DNA from: Malacoraja senta
Lineage: Eukaryota
Direction of reading: 5' to 3'
NCBI GenBank assembly: GCA_038087875.1
Contig: CM075988.1
Coordinates: 16,308,001 to 16,372,000 of the forward strand
Length of the DNA stretch: 64,000 nucleotides
Each line of letters begins with the position of its first letter. Position 1 is the stretch's first letter. The notes beneath the pieces are model-generated. The model saw only the letters and a list, made by a program, of their open reading frames with translations. It did no database searches and was not told the origin of the DNA. A program made the translations under genes and the position numbers. This document shows, piece by piece, positions 37,639-50,640 of this stretch.

Positions 37639-37826
37639 GGGGGTAGACAAAAGTGCCGGAGAAACTCAGCAGGTGCAGCAGCATCTATGGAGTGAAGGAA
37701 ATAGGCAACGTTTCGGCCCGAAACGTTGCCTATTTCCTTCGCTCCGTAGATGCTGCTGCACCTGCTGAGTTTCTCCGGCACTTTTGTCTACCTTCGATTT
37801 TCCAGCATCTGCAGTTCCTTCTTAAA
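37639..37826. mobile_element. Palindromic Penelope-derived element
   Basis: ~75-bp inverted arms centred on tttcggcccgaaa; 14-bp TSD ttctttgtgacagc (37625-37638 and 37827-37840). Confidence 0.85.
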
Positions 37827-38344
37827 TTCTTTGTGACAGCTGTGGGGAGAGTGGCTGTTAGTCGTATATCAGCCGCTGGTCAGCGGAAGAGTCGCTGATT
37901 TTTGCCCCCTCTGAACGTTTGGTCCTCCAATGGAAGGACAAAAGACCTCAGAAGGTCATTAACAAATAATGAGAAGATCCAGTTGCAGAATTGTTCATTT
38001 TGTCTATGCTCTTAATTAGGCCGAGTTTGTCACATATACAAGTGTGCGATCAAGTACAAAGAACAAACCTTGCTTGCAGCAACATCACAAGCACATTAGC
38101 ACACGGAAAATTATAAATAAATTGCACAAATCGTAGACGACCGTGAAAAGAAAAAGACTGTGCAGAAAACCAGCCACAATTTGAAAGCAAGTCCATAGTA
38201 GCACAAGAGTGGATGGCAATGTTCTGTTGCCGAGGTAGGATTAGGGTTGGGCAAGTCAGTTCAAGAACCTGACAGTTGTAGGACAGTTGTAGGATGTTCC
38301 TGAAGCTGGTGGTGTGGGACTTTAGGCTTCTGTCGCTCCTGCCT

Positions 38345-38810
38345 GGAGACCACATCTGGAGTATTGTGTACAGTTTTGGTCTTCTAATTTGAGGAAGGAC
38401 ATCCTTGTGATTGAGGTAGTGCAGCGTAGGTTCACGAGATTGATCCCTGGGATGGCGGGACTGTCATATGAGGAAAGATTGAAAAGACTAGGCTTGTATT
38501 CAGGGGCCACAGTCTTAGAATAAAGGGGAGGTCATTTAAGACTGAGGTGAGAAAATACTTTTTCACCCAGAGAGTTGTGAATTTATGGAATTCCCTGCCA
38601 CAGAGGGCAGTGGAGGCCAAGTCACTGGATGGATTTAAGAGAGAGTTAGATAGAACTCTAGGGGCTAGTGGAGTCAAGGGATATGGGGAGAAGGCAGGCA
38701 CGGGTTATTGATAGGGGACGATCAGCCATGATCACAATGAATGGTGGTGCAGGCTCGAAGGGCCGAATGGTCTCCTCCTGCACCTATTTTCTATGTTTCT
38801 ATGTTTCTAT
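38345..38810 (+). mobile_element. CR1 LINE 3' fragment with internal deletion
   Basis: [24 protein letters not shown], (ctatgttt)n tail. Confidence 0.85.
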
Positions 38811-40771
38811 CTCTTCCAGTTACATGCCAGTGAGATCAAGTTGCAACTATCCCCACTTCTTGGTGCCATTATTTTCATTTTAAATTATATTTTTTCTATT
38901 TTTGTTCCTTTTAATCCCTACGGCATTGTAAGATTTCACATTGAGAAGCATGCATCCGAGGCAGTCCAGCTGGAGATCACCTCGAAGGGCCGAATTGCCT
39001 CCTCCGGCACCTATTTTCTATGTTTCTATCTATGACTGGCATTAGCAGCAGGAGGGCAATGCCTGAATGGTGGGGATCTTTGATCCTCCCAGTGTCACTT
39101 GCTCAAGGTCCCATCATGACTTTTATCTCAGAACTTCTTCCCACTATTGTTCTACTCTATCCATTCTGCAACTGAACTTGACAATGGGATGTCTTCCTTC
39201 TTATCCTGATACCCCCCCCCCCCCACCCCCCCCCCCACACCATCTTCCTCTGGAATCCTACACATTGACCCTGCTGAAGGAAATCTTGAAGTTATTTATA
39301 TTCACAGTGAGTGCTAGGAGCAGGTGGTTGGCGGTATTAAACCGGGCAGGAAATTAAAGTGGCATGTGACGTCCCCACATAACAGGATGTACAGGGCGGG
39401 CATTTACACCACCTCCTGCTGCCACGTGCACTTGTTTGAGTTTCTCGTAAACATGAACATAGTTCAGAATGCTGGTGAGGTGTGAGCCACTGGAGCTGTC
39501 CCTGCACAATGGTGATCACATGCCGCGGGGATTCGAGCTTACGCGAAAGTTAAATAAAACTTACGGCAAACGATAACATGGGTTGCTTCACATCAGACTT
39601 TTACGGACGCATCACAGATGGAACACATCTGCAATGTGCAGTCCTAATAGAGATGCACAATGGAAAGTATCCCGATGGAATGCATCTCAGCCTGGCTCTG
39701 CTCTTGACTGCCTGAGCCTGCAGAGAGTGGTGAACACAGCCCAGTCCATGGACACAAGATGCTGGAGTAACTCAGCGGGTGACACCACCTATTCCTTTTC
39801 TCCAGAGATGCTGCCTGACCCGCTGAGTTACTCCAGCATCTTGTGTCTATCTTTGGTACAATGATACAATACGATACGATACAATAGAACTTTGTCCTGG
39901 GACTTTATTTATCCCAGGAGGGAAATTGATCTGCCAACTGTCATAAAACACAAGATTCATGAAACAAATGTGTAGTCTTAATAGAGATGCACAATGAAAA
40001 GTATCCTGATGGGATGCATCTCAGCCTGGTTGGTGTCTGCCATGAACTAGTTATAAACCAGCATCTGCACATCCTTCCTGCATTGAGCCCAGTCTATCAT
40101 ACGCTTGTCACCCCAGTAGGTCAGGAAGGCCGGAAGTATTGTCACAGATGCCTGCCACCCTGACTATTGCCTTTTCTTCTACTTTCTGGAAGAAGATACA
40201 GGATCTTGGAAGCCCAGGTGTCCAGAATTACGAACAACTTCTCCACTGCAATTAAACTCCAGAACCAATCGCCTCTTCCACACCCCCTCCCAGTGGGGCT
40301 GCACATAATCGTATTCTTACCTTTACCACTTATTGTTGCTGTTACTCTACATTTGTTTTTGCATTTCTTCAAATTGCACTACAATCTTGCACCATCCTGC
40401 TGTTCCGCATTCTCATTCTTATATTTATTGTTGTATTTATCATTACTGTATGTGCACTGGTTACTTTGTGAGCTTCATGTGACAAGGATGTATGACAATA
40501 AACTAATCTGAAACTGAAATAATAGATGTTTGCTCCATTCTTTTGGCCCTTTTCCATTGATAAACTGCCTATCTAGCACTTTCCATGCTGCTATCTGCCC
40601 TCTTTAAGTTCCAGCTTTTAAAAACTCAAGCGTTTAATCGCTCTCCCATAACATTTGCATGAATCATTAGTCCATCATAACGAACAATGAGATCTTTCTC
40701 ACCATTGAAGGTGCTATGCAAATGCAGATTCTAGAGATAGGTCAAGTGGTTTAACCAACCAGCTATGTATG

Positions 40772-40861
40772 GTTGAAGAAGGGTCTGGGCCCGAAACGTC
40801 ACCCATTCCTTCTCTCCAGAATGCTGCCTGTCCCGCTGAGATACTCCAGCATTTTGTGTCT
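40772..40861 (+). mobile_element. Penelope-derived hammerhead element
   Basis: TSD accagct(a/g)tgtatg (40758-40771 and 40862-40875); gttgaagaagggtctgggcccgaaacgtcaccc... Confidence 0.8.
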
Positions 40862-41394
40862 ACCAGCTGTGTATGCTCCAGTTATGCACAACTAACGGTG
40901 GCGCAGCGGTAGAGTTGCTGCCTTACGGCGCCAGAGACTTGGGTTCGATCCTGACTATGGACGCTGTCAGTAAGGAGTTTGTACGCTCTCCCCGTGACCT
41001 CAAAGGTTTTCTCCAGGTACTCTGGTTTTCTCCCACACTCCAAAGATGTACAGGTTTGTAGGTCAATTGGCTTCTGTAAATTGTCCCTAGTGTGTAGGAT
41101 AGTTCTAGTGTACGAGGTGATCGCTGGTTGGTGCGGACTCGGTGAGTCAAAGTGCCTTTTTCCACGTTGTAACTCAAGTCCAAAGTCTAAACTGTTTCAT
41201 CTGTCTCATTTGAAATACACCTTCAGCATTTCCAATCCTTTCAGTCTGGCTAATAATGAAAGTAAGAAGGGTGTGTCAGGGCAAGGGGTCAGACATCTTC
41301 AGCACAAAGCTATTCAAAGTTCTTGTTACAGCAAAATCAATAATAGCAAGTGGTCATTTTACAGTTTTTGAACATGGTATTGGAAAGAGTAATC

Positions 41395-42660
41395 TCTTTT
41401 ATTTCAAATATTTCCTCATTATTTATTCATAATAAAAAGCTATACAAAATGAAACTGGGCAAAGTTCTCAAGACATTCTCAGTGTCGGTCTTTATATACA
41501 GTATAGTTTTGCTGGTTTTGTATACAGTGGTATTACCACATCTCTTTTTGAACACATGGAACCATGGGTCCTGGGGTGAGATCCCCTCCCTTGTTTGAGG
41601 GGTGTCTCAATGGTCCCTCAATGTCTAATAGTAGAAGGACTCCAGACTGTGGCCTCCCCCTGCAGAGCCTTGGCGGTGGCTGCACCAAGCTTCAGTGCGT
41701 CCCTCAGCACGCACTCCCGCAGTCTGGGATGTTGCAGTCAACAACATTCCCCGATGGACATCTGGCTGTACTGGAACACCATCACGTGTCGGGCAGATCA
41801 AAGACCATCTTTCACTGATTGATGGCCTTCCAGCAGCACTTGATGTCCATCTCGGAGTGTGAACTTGAGAACAGTCTGTGAATCAGAAAGTCTTCTGTTG
41901 CACAGCTGCTTGGGATGAACCCTGACGAGGCCCCTTTCATCTTTCTCCAGACCCTCTTGGCAAAGACACACTGGGCAAAAAGGTGGGCAACAGTCTCCTC
42001 TCCATCGCTGCCATCCCAAGTTGGTGCTGAGATCCCAACTCTACAGAAAGGATCTGACTGGGAGGGCTGCTCTCACCACCAGCCAAGTAGGGTCTTGGTG
42101 CTTGTTAGTGAGTTCTGGCAATGAAGTATTCTGAAGGGTGGACTGGGCAGTCTGCTTCGAGAAAAAAACTCAAAGGATCCATCGAGCCCTTGTTCTACAG
42201 TGTCTACAGGATGTTCCATACTGCCCATGCCTGATGGATGTGGTCAAAAGGGTTGGTTTGGAAGAACTTTCCAATGAAGGGTGGGAGGTGTGGCAATACC
42301 CAGCTGACTGGCACATTGCATGGCAATGGTGCCAGGTCAATCCTGCACAACACTGTGGACAGGTAGAACCTCAGCGTGGAGTGTCACTTGGTGCCCATGT
42401 ACACAAGACCTGATGCAGCCACACACGAAAGTGGCCATCAGGTTGAGGGTGGGGTTGGGTATGCTTTGGCACCCGTTGTCTGTGGGCTTTTACGTTCCTG
42501 CTTCAGGTTATGGTGGACAACTTTGTGGACAACACTGGCAGTTATGGTCCATCCATCAACTGTGCCTGAAGGAGGAGCAGTTTAGTATGAATCAGATTAG
42601 TGTCACACGGGGAACTTGCCTGGAGGCAAGGATGGATTACACATGGCAGGTCAATATTCC
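41395..42660 (-). mobile_element. Decayed Tx1-like LINE 3' fragment
   Basis: Minus strand near 41640-41725 reads RLRECVLRDALKLGAATAKAL, which I recognise as a fish/shark Tx1-type ORF2 C-terminus; AT-rich tail. Confidence 0.6.
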
Positions 42661-43395
42661 TGGCCTCTGGTTACTAGTCTGATAACTTAACTGCAATGCT
42701 ACAGTATATTTATCAATTCCCGACATGAGCTGATTTTGCTTCTATGATTGTAAGTCAGTTTGTGCTTTCAATCCAGGGCAGTCTACCACTCGCACTTCTG
42801 ATGGGGTGGGTTGTTCGGTGGAGGGGAATGTGAATGTAATATCTGTTAATCTGTTATGTTTACTAGTAGATTACAGCAGTGATTAAACTTCAGAAATACT
42901 TAGGAAAGTGCAAAATCATTAACAATATCTTGAGGTTCTGAAACATTCTTTGTAAATGTTGGGTTTTTTTTGTCATCTGCTGCAGTCTCCACCTGTTGTA
43001 TTACATGCAGTATGATAGACAACAGTGGTGGCACAGTGGCTTAGCTGGTAGAGCCGCTGTCTCATAGCGCCAGAGTCCTGGGTTCGATCCTTGCCTCGGC
43101 AGTTTGCACGTTGCGATCACATGGGTTTCCTCTGGGTGCTCCGGATTCCTCCCACATCCCAAAGACATGCAGGTTTATGGGTTCATTGGCCTCGTGAGAT
43201 TGCCCCTAATGTGTAGAGAATGGGTGAGAAAGTGGGATAACATAGAACTGGAGCAAAGATCATTTTCTTCCGACCAATAATTGGTGATGTGTCTGATTTA
43301 TTACAAATGCCTTTGACTCAATCATCATATCTCATACTTAATACATTCTAAATCCAGATTGAAAAGCCCAGTCATATATATATATATAAACTAAA

Positions 43396-43547
43396 GGTAT
43401 ACAAAAATGCTGGAGAAACTCAGCGGGTGCAGCAGCATCTATGGAGCGAAGGAAATAGGCAGGGTTTCGGGCCGAAACGTTGCCTATTTCCTTCGCTCCA
43501 TAGATGCTGCTGCACCCGCTGAGTTTCTCCAGCATTTTTGTGTACCT
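43396..43547. mobile_element. Palindromic Penelope-derived element
   Basis: Near-perfect hairpin; 15-bp TSD tatatataaactaaa (43381-43395 and 43548-43562). Confidence 0.85.
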
Positions 43548-46500
43548 TATATATAAACTAAAACTGGATAATAAAATGCTTCGGAGAAGGACCAATGGCC
43601 GGCGTGGTCTCAGTGGACCGAAGGGCCTATTTCTATGTTGTATCTTTCAATTAAAAAAAACACTGCAAAACTCAATCAATAAGGACTCATTTGACTATCA
43701 TTTCACTGGTACATCTGGGCTGTGGTTGCTTCTCCATACCTCTTCCACGACCCCTGTTCTTGTTCCCGAAAGCCGGGTATTTTTCTCTGGAATAGAGGCA
43801 TCGAAAGCGATGAGGAGAAAGGTTGGAAGAGAGCGCTGAAACTGGGCGACCTTGGAATCATGGGGCAGGCTTGAAGGATCGATCAGCCGACTCCACCTGC
43901 TATGTAGTGAACCGTGGACACTGACCACTGCACTTTGAGTTGAAAGCACTGAGACACGCCACATTGTCCAGCTTCTTTTGTTCTCTGCAGCTCATGGATA
44001 GTCGACGGGAGCCATTGTGTTTTGTCATCCTGTCCCTGGTGACCTATCGCGGAGAGGTGGGATATGGTGGAACAGATATAACAGGTGACAAATTGAATTT
44101 ATGGGTGTGTGAGTTTAACAAGGCATGTGAGTACAGACAGAGCACTTGTGAATGTATGCCAACAGCTTGAAGTATTAGGAACCCAGGGTGATAAATCACC
44201 AGGATTATTAAAGCATGTTACACAACATGAAGCAAAATGAGGTGTGTGTTCGATTTAGCTGTAGTTGTTTTTACGTCCTGCAGTGCAGTAGTAAATAGGC
44301 CCAGTGTCAACACGGACGTGTCCTTGAGAGGAGAGAAGTTATTTAACCTCAATTTGCATCAAACGCCCATAAATCATTTTGAGGTTAGAATTTCACTGGA
44401 TAATTCTTTAGTGCCATCTGGGCAGGAATCAGCCTCGTCTCTGCTGTGGTTCAGCAGAGTTTTGTGCATCGTACACAGGTCGACACTGACTGCACTGTTT
44501 ACCAAGTGTGTTCTGAAGCAAGGTCCCAGCAGTGAAATAATGGGGAGGCATTTATCCCCGTTCTAGAGAAATGTTGATCACCCGTTTACACTAGTTCCAT
44601 GTTATCCCGCTTTCCCGCCCACTCCTTACACACTAGGGGCAATTTACAAAGGCCCTATGAACCTGCAAACCTGCACGCCTTTGGGATGTGGGAGGAAACT
44701 GGAGGAAACCCACGTGGTCACAGGGAGAACATGCTAACGCCACATAGACAGCACCCGAGGTCAGGATTGAACTAGAGTCTCCGAGTGCTCTGAGGCAGCA
44801 GCTCTGCAAGCTGCGTTACTGGGCCTCCCCAAAAGTGTTATGAACACACGTCACTCAGTCCCCTTGTCCCATTCCTGGCTTTCGATGAACTCAAGTGCCG
44901 ACAGCGTTTAATCTTATCTCTTAGTTCCTTCCTCTTGTGTCAGAGCTGTTGGAGATAATTTAAGTGGCTCACCACTAATGCTGGGGTTGGGAGGGGTGGG
45001 GTGAGGAGGTGAAGGGGGAGGGGAAGCTTCAGCCTAAGTGATGCCTGCAGGTTTTGGGGAGGAGAGTGATGGAGTTGTTTTGTTCTTTTGGAAGAACCTA
45101 AGCAAGTAGTCAAAAATCAGCTGGGAAAAGGCGAGGAGTGGCTACAATTCTTTAAAGTGATTTCTTAGGCTTTCAAGTGTGAAAGCAGGTTGCCTCCAAT
45201 TTTGTTAAAATCTCCTGAGGAAATACTCCCCAGGGGGAGAATTCTCCCATTCTCCCCATGAGAATTGACCAGAATGTTATGCTGTGATCTGTTGCTCATG
45301 ACAACCTTTTCAAGAGCACTGGTACTGAGATGCAGGCTCCGACTGGCACATGGAGTTCCCAGTGATGGCTATGAATCCACCATTGAGAGCATGAGGCCTG
45401 AAAAACCAAAGGTCATATGTTTAGTTTAGAGATACAGCCATCTGCCCATCGGGCCTAACCAGCGATCCCTGCACAATAACACTATCCTACGCCCACTAGG
45501 TACAATTTTTATACTTACCAAGTAAAGTAACCTACACACCTGTACGTATTTGGAGTGTGGGAGGAAACCGAAGATCTCGGAGAAAACCCACGCAGGCCAC
45601 GGGGAGAACGTACAAACTCAGTGCAGGCAGCACCCGCCGTCGGGATCGAACCCGGGTCCCGGCGCTGCATTCGCTGTAAGGCAGCAACTCTACCGCTGCG
45701 CCACCGTGAGCGCCTATGAGCTAGAGTTGTGAGGAAAGTTCCCAATGACAGTGTAACATTGATAAATGATGGAGGAGCATGCACAGTCAGCATGTTTCTG
45801 GGATTGTTTGTACAAATGGTGAGGTTTGTAGGGGGTGCGGGGGAGCAAAGTTAGAGAGAAGAGAGTCTGAGAGAATGGGTCTCCTTTGTTCTAGCAATTT
45901 GAAGAAACCGCTTCAAATCCCATCGCTAACGCTGAGTCATTTAAAAACAGTTAATTGTGTAGATACAACTGGAATATAACTCAACAGTCACCTGGCACAG
46001 TCGGCAGTGGAGGCCAAGTCATTGGGTATCTTTAAAGTGGAGATAGATAGGTTTCTGATTAGTAAGGGCAAATAAGGTTATGGGAAGAAGGCAGGCGAAT
46101 GTGGTTAAGAGGGAAAAATAGGTCAGCTATGATCGAATGCCGGTGCAGAGTTCATGGGCCGAATGGCCTGATTCTGCACCTATGACTTATGTTCTTGTGG
46201 GTCACTAACAGAAAAGGCTTCCTCTCCCCAGGCCAGACTGTGTTGTGGATTTGCAGCCACAAAATGTGGTTGACTCTGAAATGACTTCCCTTCAGGCCAC
46301 AATGATCGTGCCAAACATGGTGCCAAGATAAACTGATCTCCTCTCTCTGCACATTGTCCGTATCCCTCCATTCCCTAAAAATCCACGTGCCTGTCTAAAA
46401 AGCCTCCAACGCCACTATCATATCTGCCTCCACCACCACCACCCCAGGCAGCTCATTCCAGGCATCCACCACCTTCTATGTGGGGGGAAATATAACTTGT

Positions 46501-47659
46501 TCTGTGCATCTCCTTGGAACTTTGACCCTCTCGGCTTAAAGCTATGCCCTCTGGTGGTTGGACATTTCCACCCTGGGGGTGTGGGGGGGGAAAGGTTGTC
46601 TACCTTGCCTATGCCGCTCATAATGTTAGATACTTCTATCAGGCATGATGTCCACAAGATCTACTGGGTCATTGACCTTCTGATGTCCACTGTTAGCAGG
46701 TACCCAGGACTGGCTCTGAAATTGTTGCAACTTTGAAATAAATGAAGAGGGGCAGTTTAACTCCAATCATTCCACGAGGACCAGAACAACCTCCCATTGC
46801 TATGGTTTGTCCAAGCCTTGCTTTTGCCCTTCCCAGTTTTTGTTGGAACCATTCTGATTAGCTAAACTTTAGAGTTCATTTTAGTTTAAAGATAGTTTAG
46901 TTTAGAGATACAGCGCGGAAACAGGCCCTTCGGCCCACCGAGTCCGCGCCGACCAGCAATCACCCCGTACACTAGCACTATCCCGCACACACTGGGGGCA
47001 ATGTACAATTTTCACCGAAGCCAATTAACCTACAAACCCACACGTCTTTGGAGGTGGGAGGAAACTGGAGAAAACCCATGTGGTCACAGGGAGAACGTAC
47101 CAGCTCCGTACAGACAGCACCAAACTAGTCAGGATTGAACCTGGATATCTGGTGCTATCTAAGAATGAGTAGATTAATACAGCATATATCATATCCCTAT
47201 GGGGATATTCTTGATCACTTTACAGCAATCAAATGACCTGCAATTGTTGTCCCTCAGCAGGCAATTTGTAAACAGCAGTCACCTAGACACAAGCATGTTA
47301 AATAGTTTTAAATCATTAGCTGCTGTTTAGGTATTAGCCAGGTCATTGCGGGCAGTGGTCCGTTTCTCTTTGAACGAGTGCAGTTGGATCTATAACGGAC
47401 ACACGTGCACACAAATTAAGAGACTCAACCCTGTTTCAAATTTAAACTCTTAGTTTAACGGACATTCAAGTTTCTCCTACAAGAGGCGATCTCTCCACAT
47501 CCTCCCTGTCAAGGCCCTTCAAGATCTTCTATGTTACAATTATGACGTTCAGATATAAGCCCAGGCATGTATAAGGCCAGTCTGAACAACATCTCCTCAT
47601 TCGCTCTACATATTAGTCTAGTAACTAATATGTAAAATTACATAGGGCCACCAGCATAA

Positions 47660-48035
47660 ACAGGACGAGTCGCACCCTGGCCACTCCCTCTTCCCCCTTC
47701 TCCCATTGGGCGAAAGGTATAGAAGTGTGAAAATGCACACCTCCCGATTCAGGGACAGTTTCTTTCCAGATGTTATCTGGCAACTGAACCATCCTGCCAC
47801 AACCCGAGAACAGTCCTGACCTACTACCTCAGTCATCGGAGACCCTCGGACTATCATTGATCAGATTTTTCTGGCGTTATCTTGCACTAAACGCTATTCA
47901 CGTTATTCCCTTTATCACGTATCTGTACACTGTGGGTGGCTCGATTGTAATCGTGTATTGTGTTTCCGCTGACTGGTTAGCACACAACAAAAGCTTTTCA
48001 CTGTACCTCGGTACACGTGACAAGAAACTAAACTC
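47660..48035 (+). mobile_element. Rex1/Babar 3' fragment; the same 3' UTR recurs at ~11695-12045(-), 16755-16960(-), 31690-32030(-) and 54880-55230(+)
   Basis: DESHPGHSLF...RYRSVKMHTSRFRDSFFP, then the shared tail ...ccgctgactggttagcac...cttttcactgtacctcggtacacgtgac. Confidence 0.75.
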
Positions 48036-48269
48036 AGATAGCCAGAGTCATTTACTCAGGGTGGAAATGTCAACTGCTAGAGGGCATAGTTCTCAGGTGA
48101 GGGGTCAAAGTTTAAAGATGATCTGTGAGGCAAGTGGTGGTTGCTTGGAACAAACCGCCAGAGGTCGAGGTGAAAGCAGATATGATAAGAGTAACACCAT
48201 ATGATATGATAGTGGTGTTTAAGAGGCTTTCAGACAGACATATGAATGGACAGGGAATGAAGGATAAAG

Positions 48270-48424
48270 AAGATAGACACAAAATGTTAGAGTAACTCAA
48301 CGGGACAGCAGCATCTCTGGATAGAAGGAAATGTCTTCTATCCAGAGACGCTGCCTGTCCCGTTGAGTTACTCCAGCATTTTTTGTGTACTGTGTAAACC
48401 AGCATCTGCAGTTCCTTCCTACAC
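48270..48424. mobile_element. Palindromic Penelope-derived element inside a CR1 fragment
   Basis: Same arms; 13-bp TSD atgaagga(t/a)aaag. Confidence 0.75.
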
Positions 48425-49636
48425 ATGAAGGAAAAAGGGCTTGTGCAGTAGATGGGGTTTGTTTAAATTGGTGTTATGGTGGTGAACGGGCATCGTGGGC
48501 TGAAAGGCCTGTTCCTGTGCTGTAATGTTCTGTCTTCTGCGTTAAGCCTTCTGTGAACAACTTCCAAAGCATTGACACTCTTCCTGAAATGAGGCCAGTA
48601 GAGTTGGCAGTACTCCACATGCAGCTTCTCCAACGCCTTAAATAACACCTCTTGACTTCCCTGCTCGTTTTCAGTTCCCCAAGCAATAAACAGCAACATT
48701 CTGATAGCTTTCGCAATTATGCACTGCACCTACACCTATGCACAAGCACATCTAGATCCCTCCGCATATATCGAAGGTCAGACACAGACCTGGGGGTCTA
48801 ACATCTGCAAGGCAGCACCGCGGGAAGTGCTTAATCATTGGAATGGTTCTCGTAGACGTGAAGAATATTCTTCAATCACAGTGTAAGGAAACAAGAGCAA
48901 ATGGGATTGAAGTTGGCAATTTGGGCCTTCGTATTGGAATGTTCCTCCCTGTCTTGCATGTGATAAATGGTCAGTATGAATGGCCTGTGTTTGAGTGAAC
49001 AAAACGCAGCAACATGGTGGCACTGCTATTTGGTTAAAAGTGGATTTATAATGTTATGAATAGAAACAAAAATCTGTTGTCTTGTTAAAAATCTGTCGTC
49101 TTGGAGGGTGGTTAAACTTTGTGCTGAGGACTTTCACGATATAATTTCCCCAAAGTAGATAATAAGAGTAAGAATAGGCCATTCGGCCCATCAAGCCTGC
49201 ATCTCGATTCAATTTGATCATGGCCGATCTTTGCCCCTCCTTTTCCCTCCTATTCACATATCCGTGGTACCATTAGCAACCAGAATCTATGAAGAAAAAT
49301 AATTCACCTTGTCTCAATCCAAAATGGCTGATCATTCACCTAAGCCTTTGTTCGTCTCTCACTTCCATTCAATACCTACCCTTCCATGCCCTCTTTGAGA
49401 CCTGAATACTTTTCAATAAGGTTATCAATTCTGTGAAGTTTGCTAAAGACTTGCATTTCCATTGCATCTTTGAAGGAAGCACAGAAAGATCTTGAACTCA
49501 ACAATCAGAACCTTTTTCCAAGGGTGGAAATGTCAAAGACGAGAGGGCATAGCTTTAAGGAAGGGGACAATGTTTCAGCGTGATGTGCTGGGCAAGCGAT
49601 ATGTCCTGGGCAAGTCTTCAGGAAATTATCTTACGG

Positions 49637-50210
49637 TGTCTTACGGTGTTGCGGTCATCGGCGGTGAAGCGCGGCTTCGCCTGTCGAGTGGACCGCACGG
49701 CAACGGCGAGAGCGCCGAGCCTATGCCACGGGAGCGCGGCACGGATGCTGCGCGGGGGCCGAGTGATTTAAATACGGCTGGTCCCACGTGCTTGCGGTAA
49801 GTAAAAAAAAGGGCGGGCCGACTGCGATGACGTCGGCCCGCCGCACGTGACTCACTAGCGGTGGCTGTGGCGGCGGCCGTCCTGATCGTGGCGCTGTAGC
49901 GGTGGCTGCCGGCGGCCGTGCCGCACACGTGCCTCACTGGCGGAGGCTGTGACGGTGCAAATTCGACGCACGGCGCTCGAGCCACACTGGCGGCGGCTGT
50001 GGCGGTGGCCGTGCTGCACTCGTGCCTCACTGGCGGAGGCTGTGCGGTAGGGACATATTTTTGAACAGTGTTGGTTTTATTTTAGCACCGTGCGGTGATG
50101 GGAACAACGCCGCACGGCCCCGTAATTGTGCGTTTGACCGAGTGCGGCCCAGGAGCGGTAGATTCTTCCCGTTTCGCCGCCAATGACCACAGACTCGTGA
50201 GACAGGCCTT
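49637..50210. mobile_element. CpG-rich MITE-like element with a damaged left end
   Basis: Right end ttcgccgccaatgaccacagactcgtgagacaggccttta is an imperfect inverted match to the left tgtcttacggtgttgcggtcatcggcggtgaa; the terminus resembles the 59654 element. Confidence 0.55.
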
Positions 50211-50273
50211 TAACTCCTACTGTGCTGCATTCCCTCAGGGTTGGGAAGTGTAGGACCGATTTACACCAATTAG

Positions 50274-50640
50274 TCATAGAATCATACAGCATGGGAACAG
50301 GCCCTCCAGCCTAACTTGCCCACACCAACCAACATGCCCCATCTACACAAGTCCCACTTGCCTGCGTTTGGCCCATATCCCTCTAAACCTGTCCTATCCA
50401 TGTACCTATCTAATTGCTGCTTAAACATTACAATAGTCCCCGCCTCAACTACCTCTTCCGGCAGCTCGTACCATACACCCACCAGCCTTTATGTGGTAAA
50501 GGTTACCCCTCAGATTCCTAATAAATGCTTCACCCTTCACCTTAAACCTGTGCCCTCTGGCTCTCGATTTTCCCTCCTGTGGGCAAGAGACTTTAAGTGT
50601 CCACCCGATCTATTCCTCTCATCATTTTTACACCTCTATA
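50274..50640 (-). mobile_element. CR1 LINE 3' fragment; similar fragments at ~3470-3655, 3805-4025, 12660-13530, 27825-28040, 46000-46640, 53595-53845, 57230-57420, 59065-59420, 61765-61960 and 63400-63930
   Basis: VWYELPEEVVEAGTIVMFKQQLDRYMDR and the standard CR1 tail. Confidence 0.75.

Noticed and set aside
45897..45979. Candidate C2CD2L exon 2 (ttctag acceptor, FEE and SHLKTVNCVD)
   Set aside because: The two motifs are in different frames, both frames hit stops, and there is no suitable donor.
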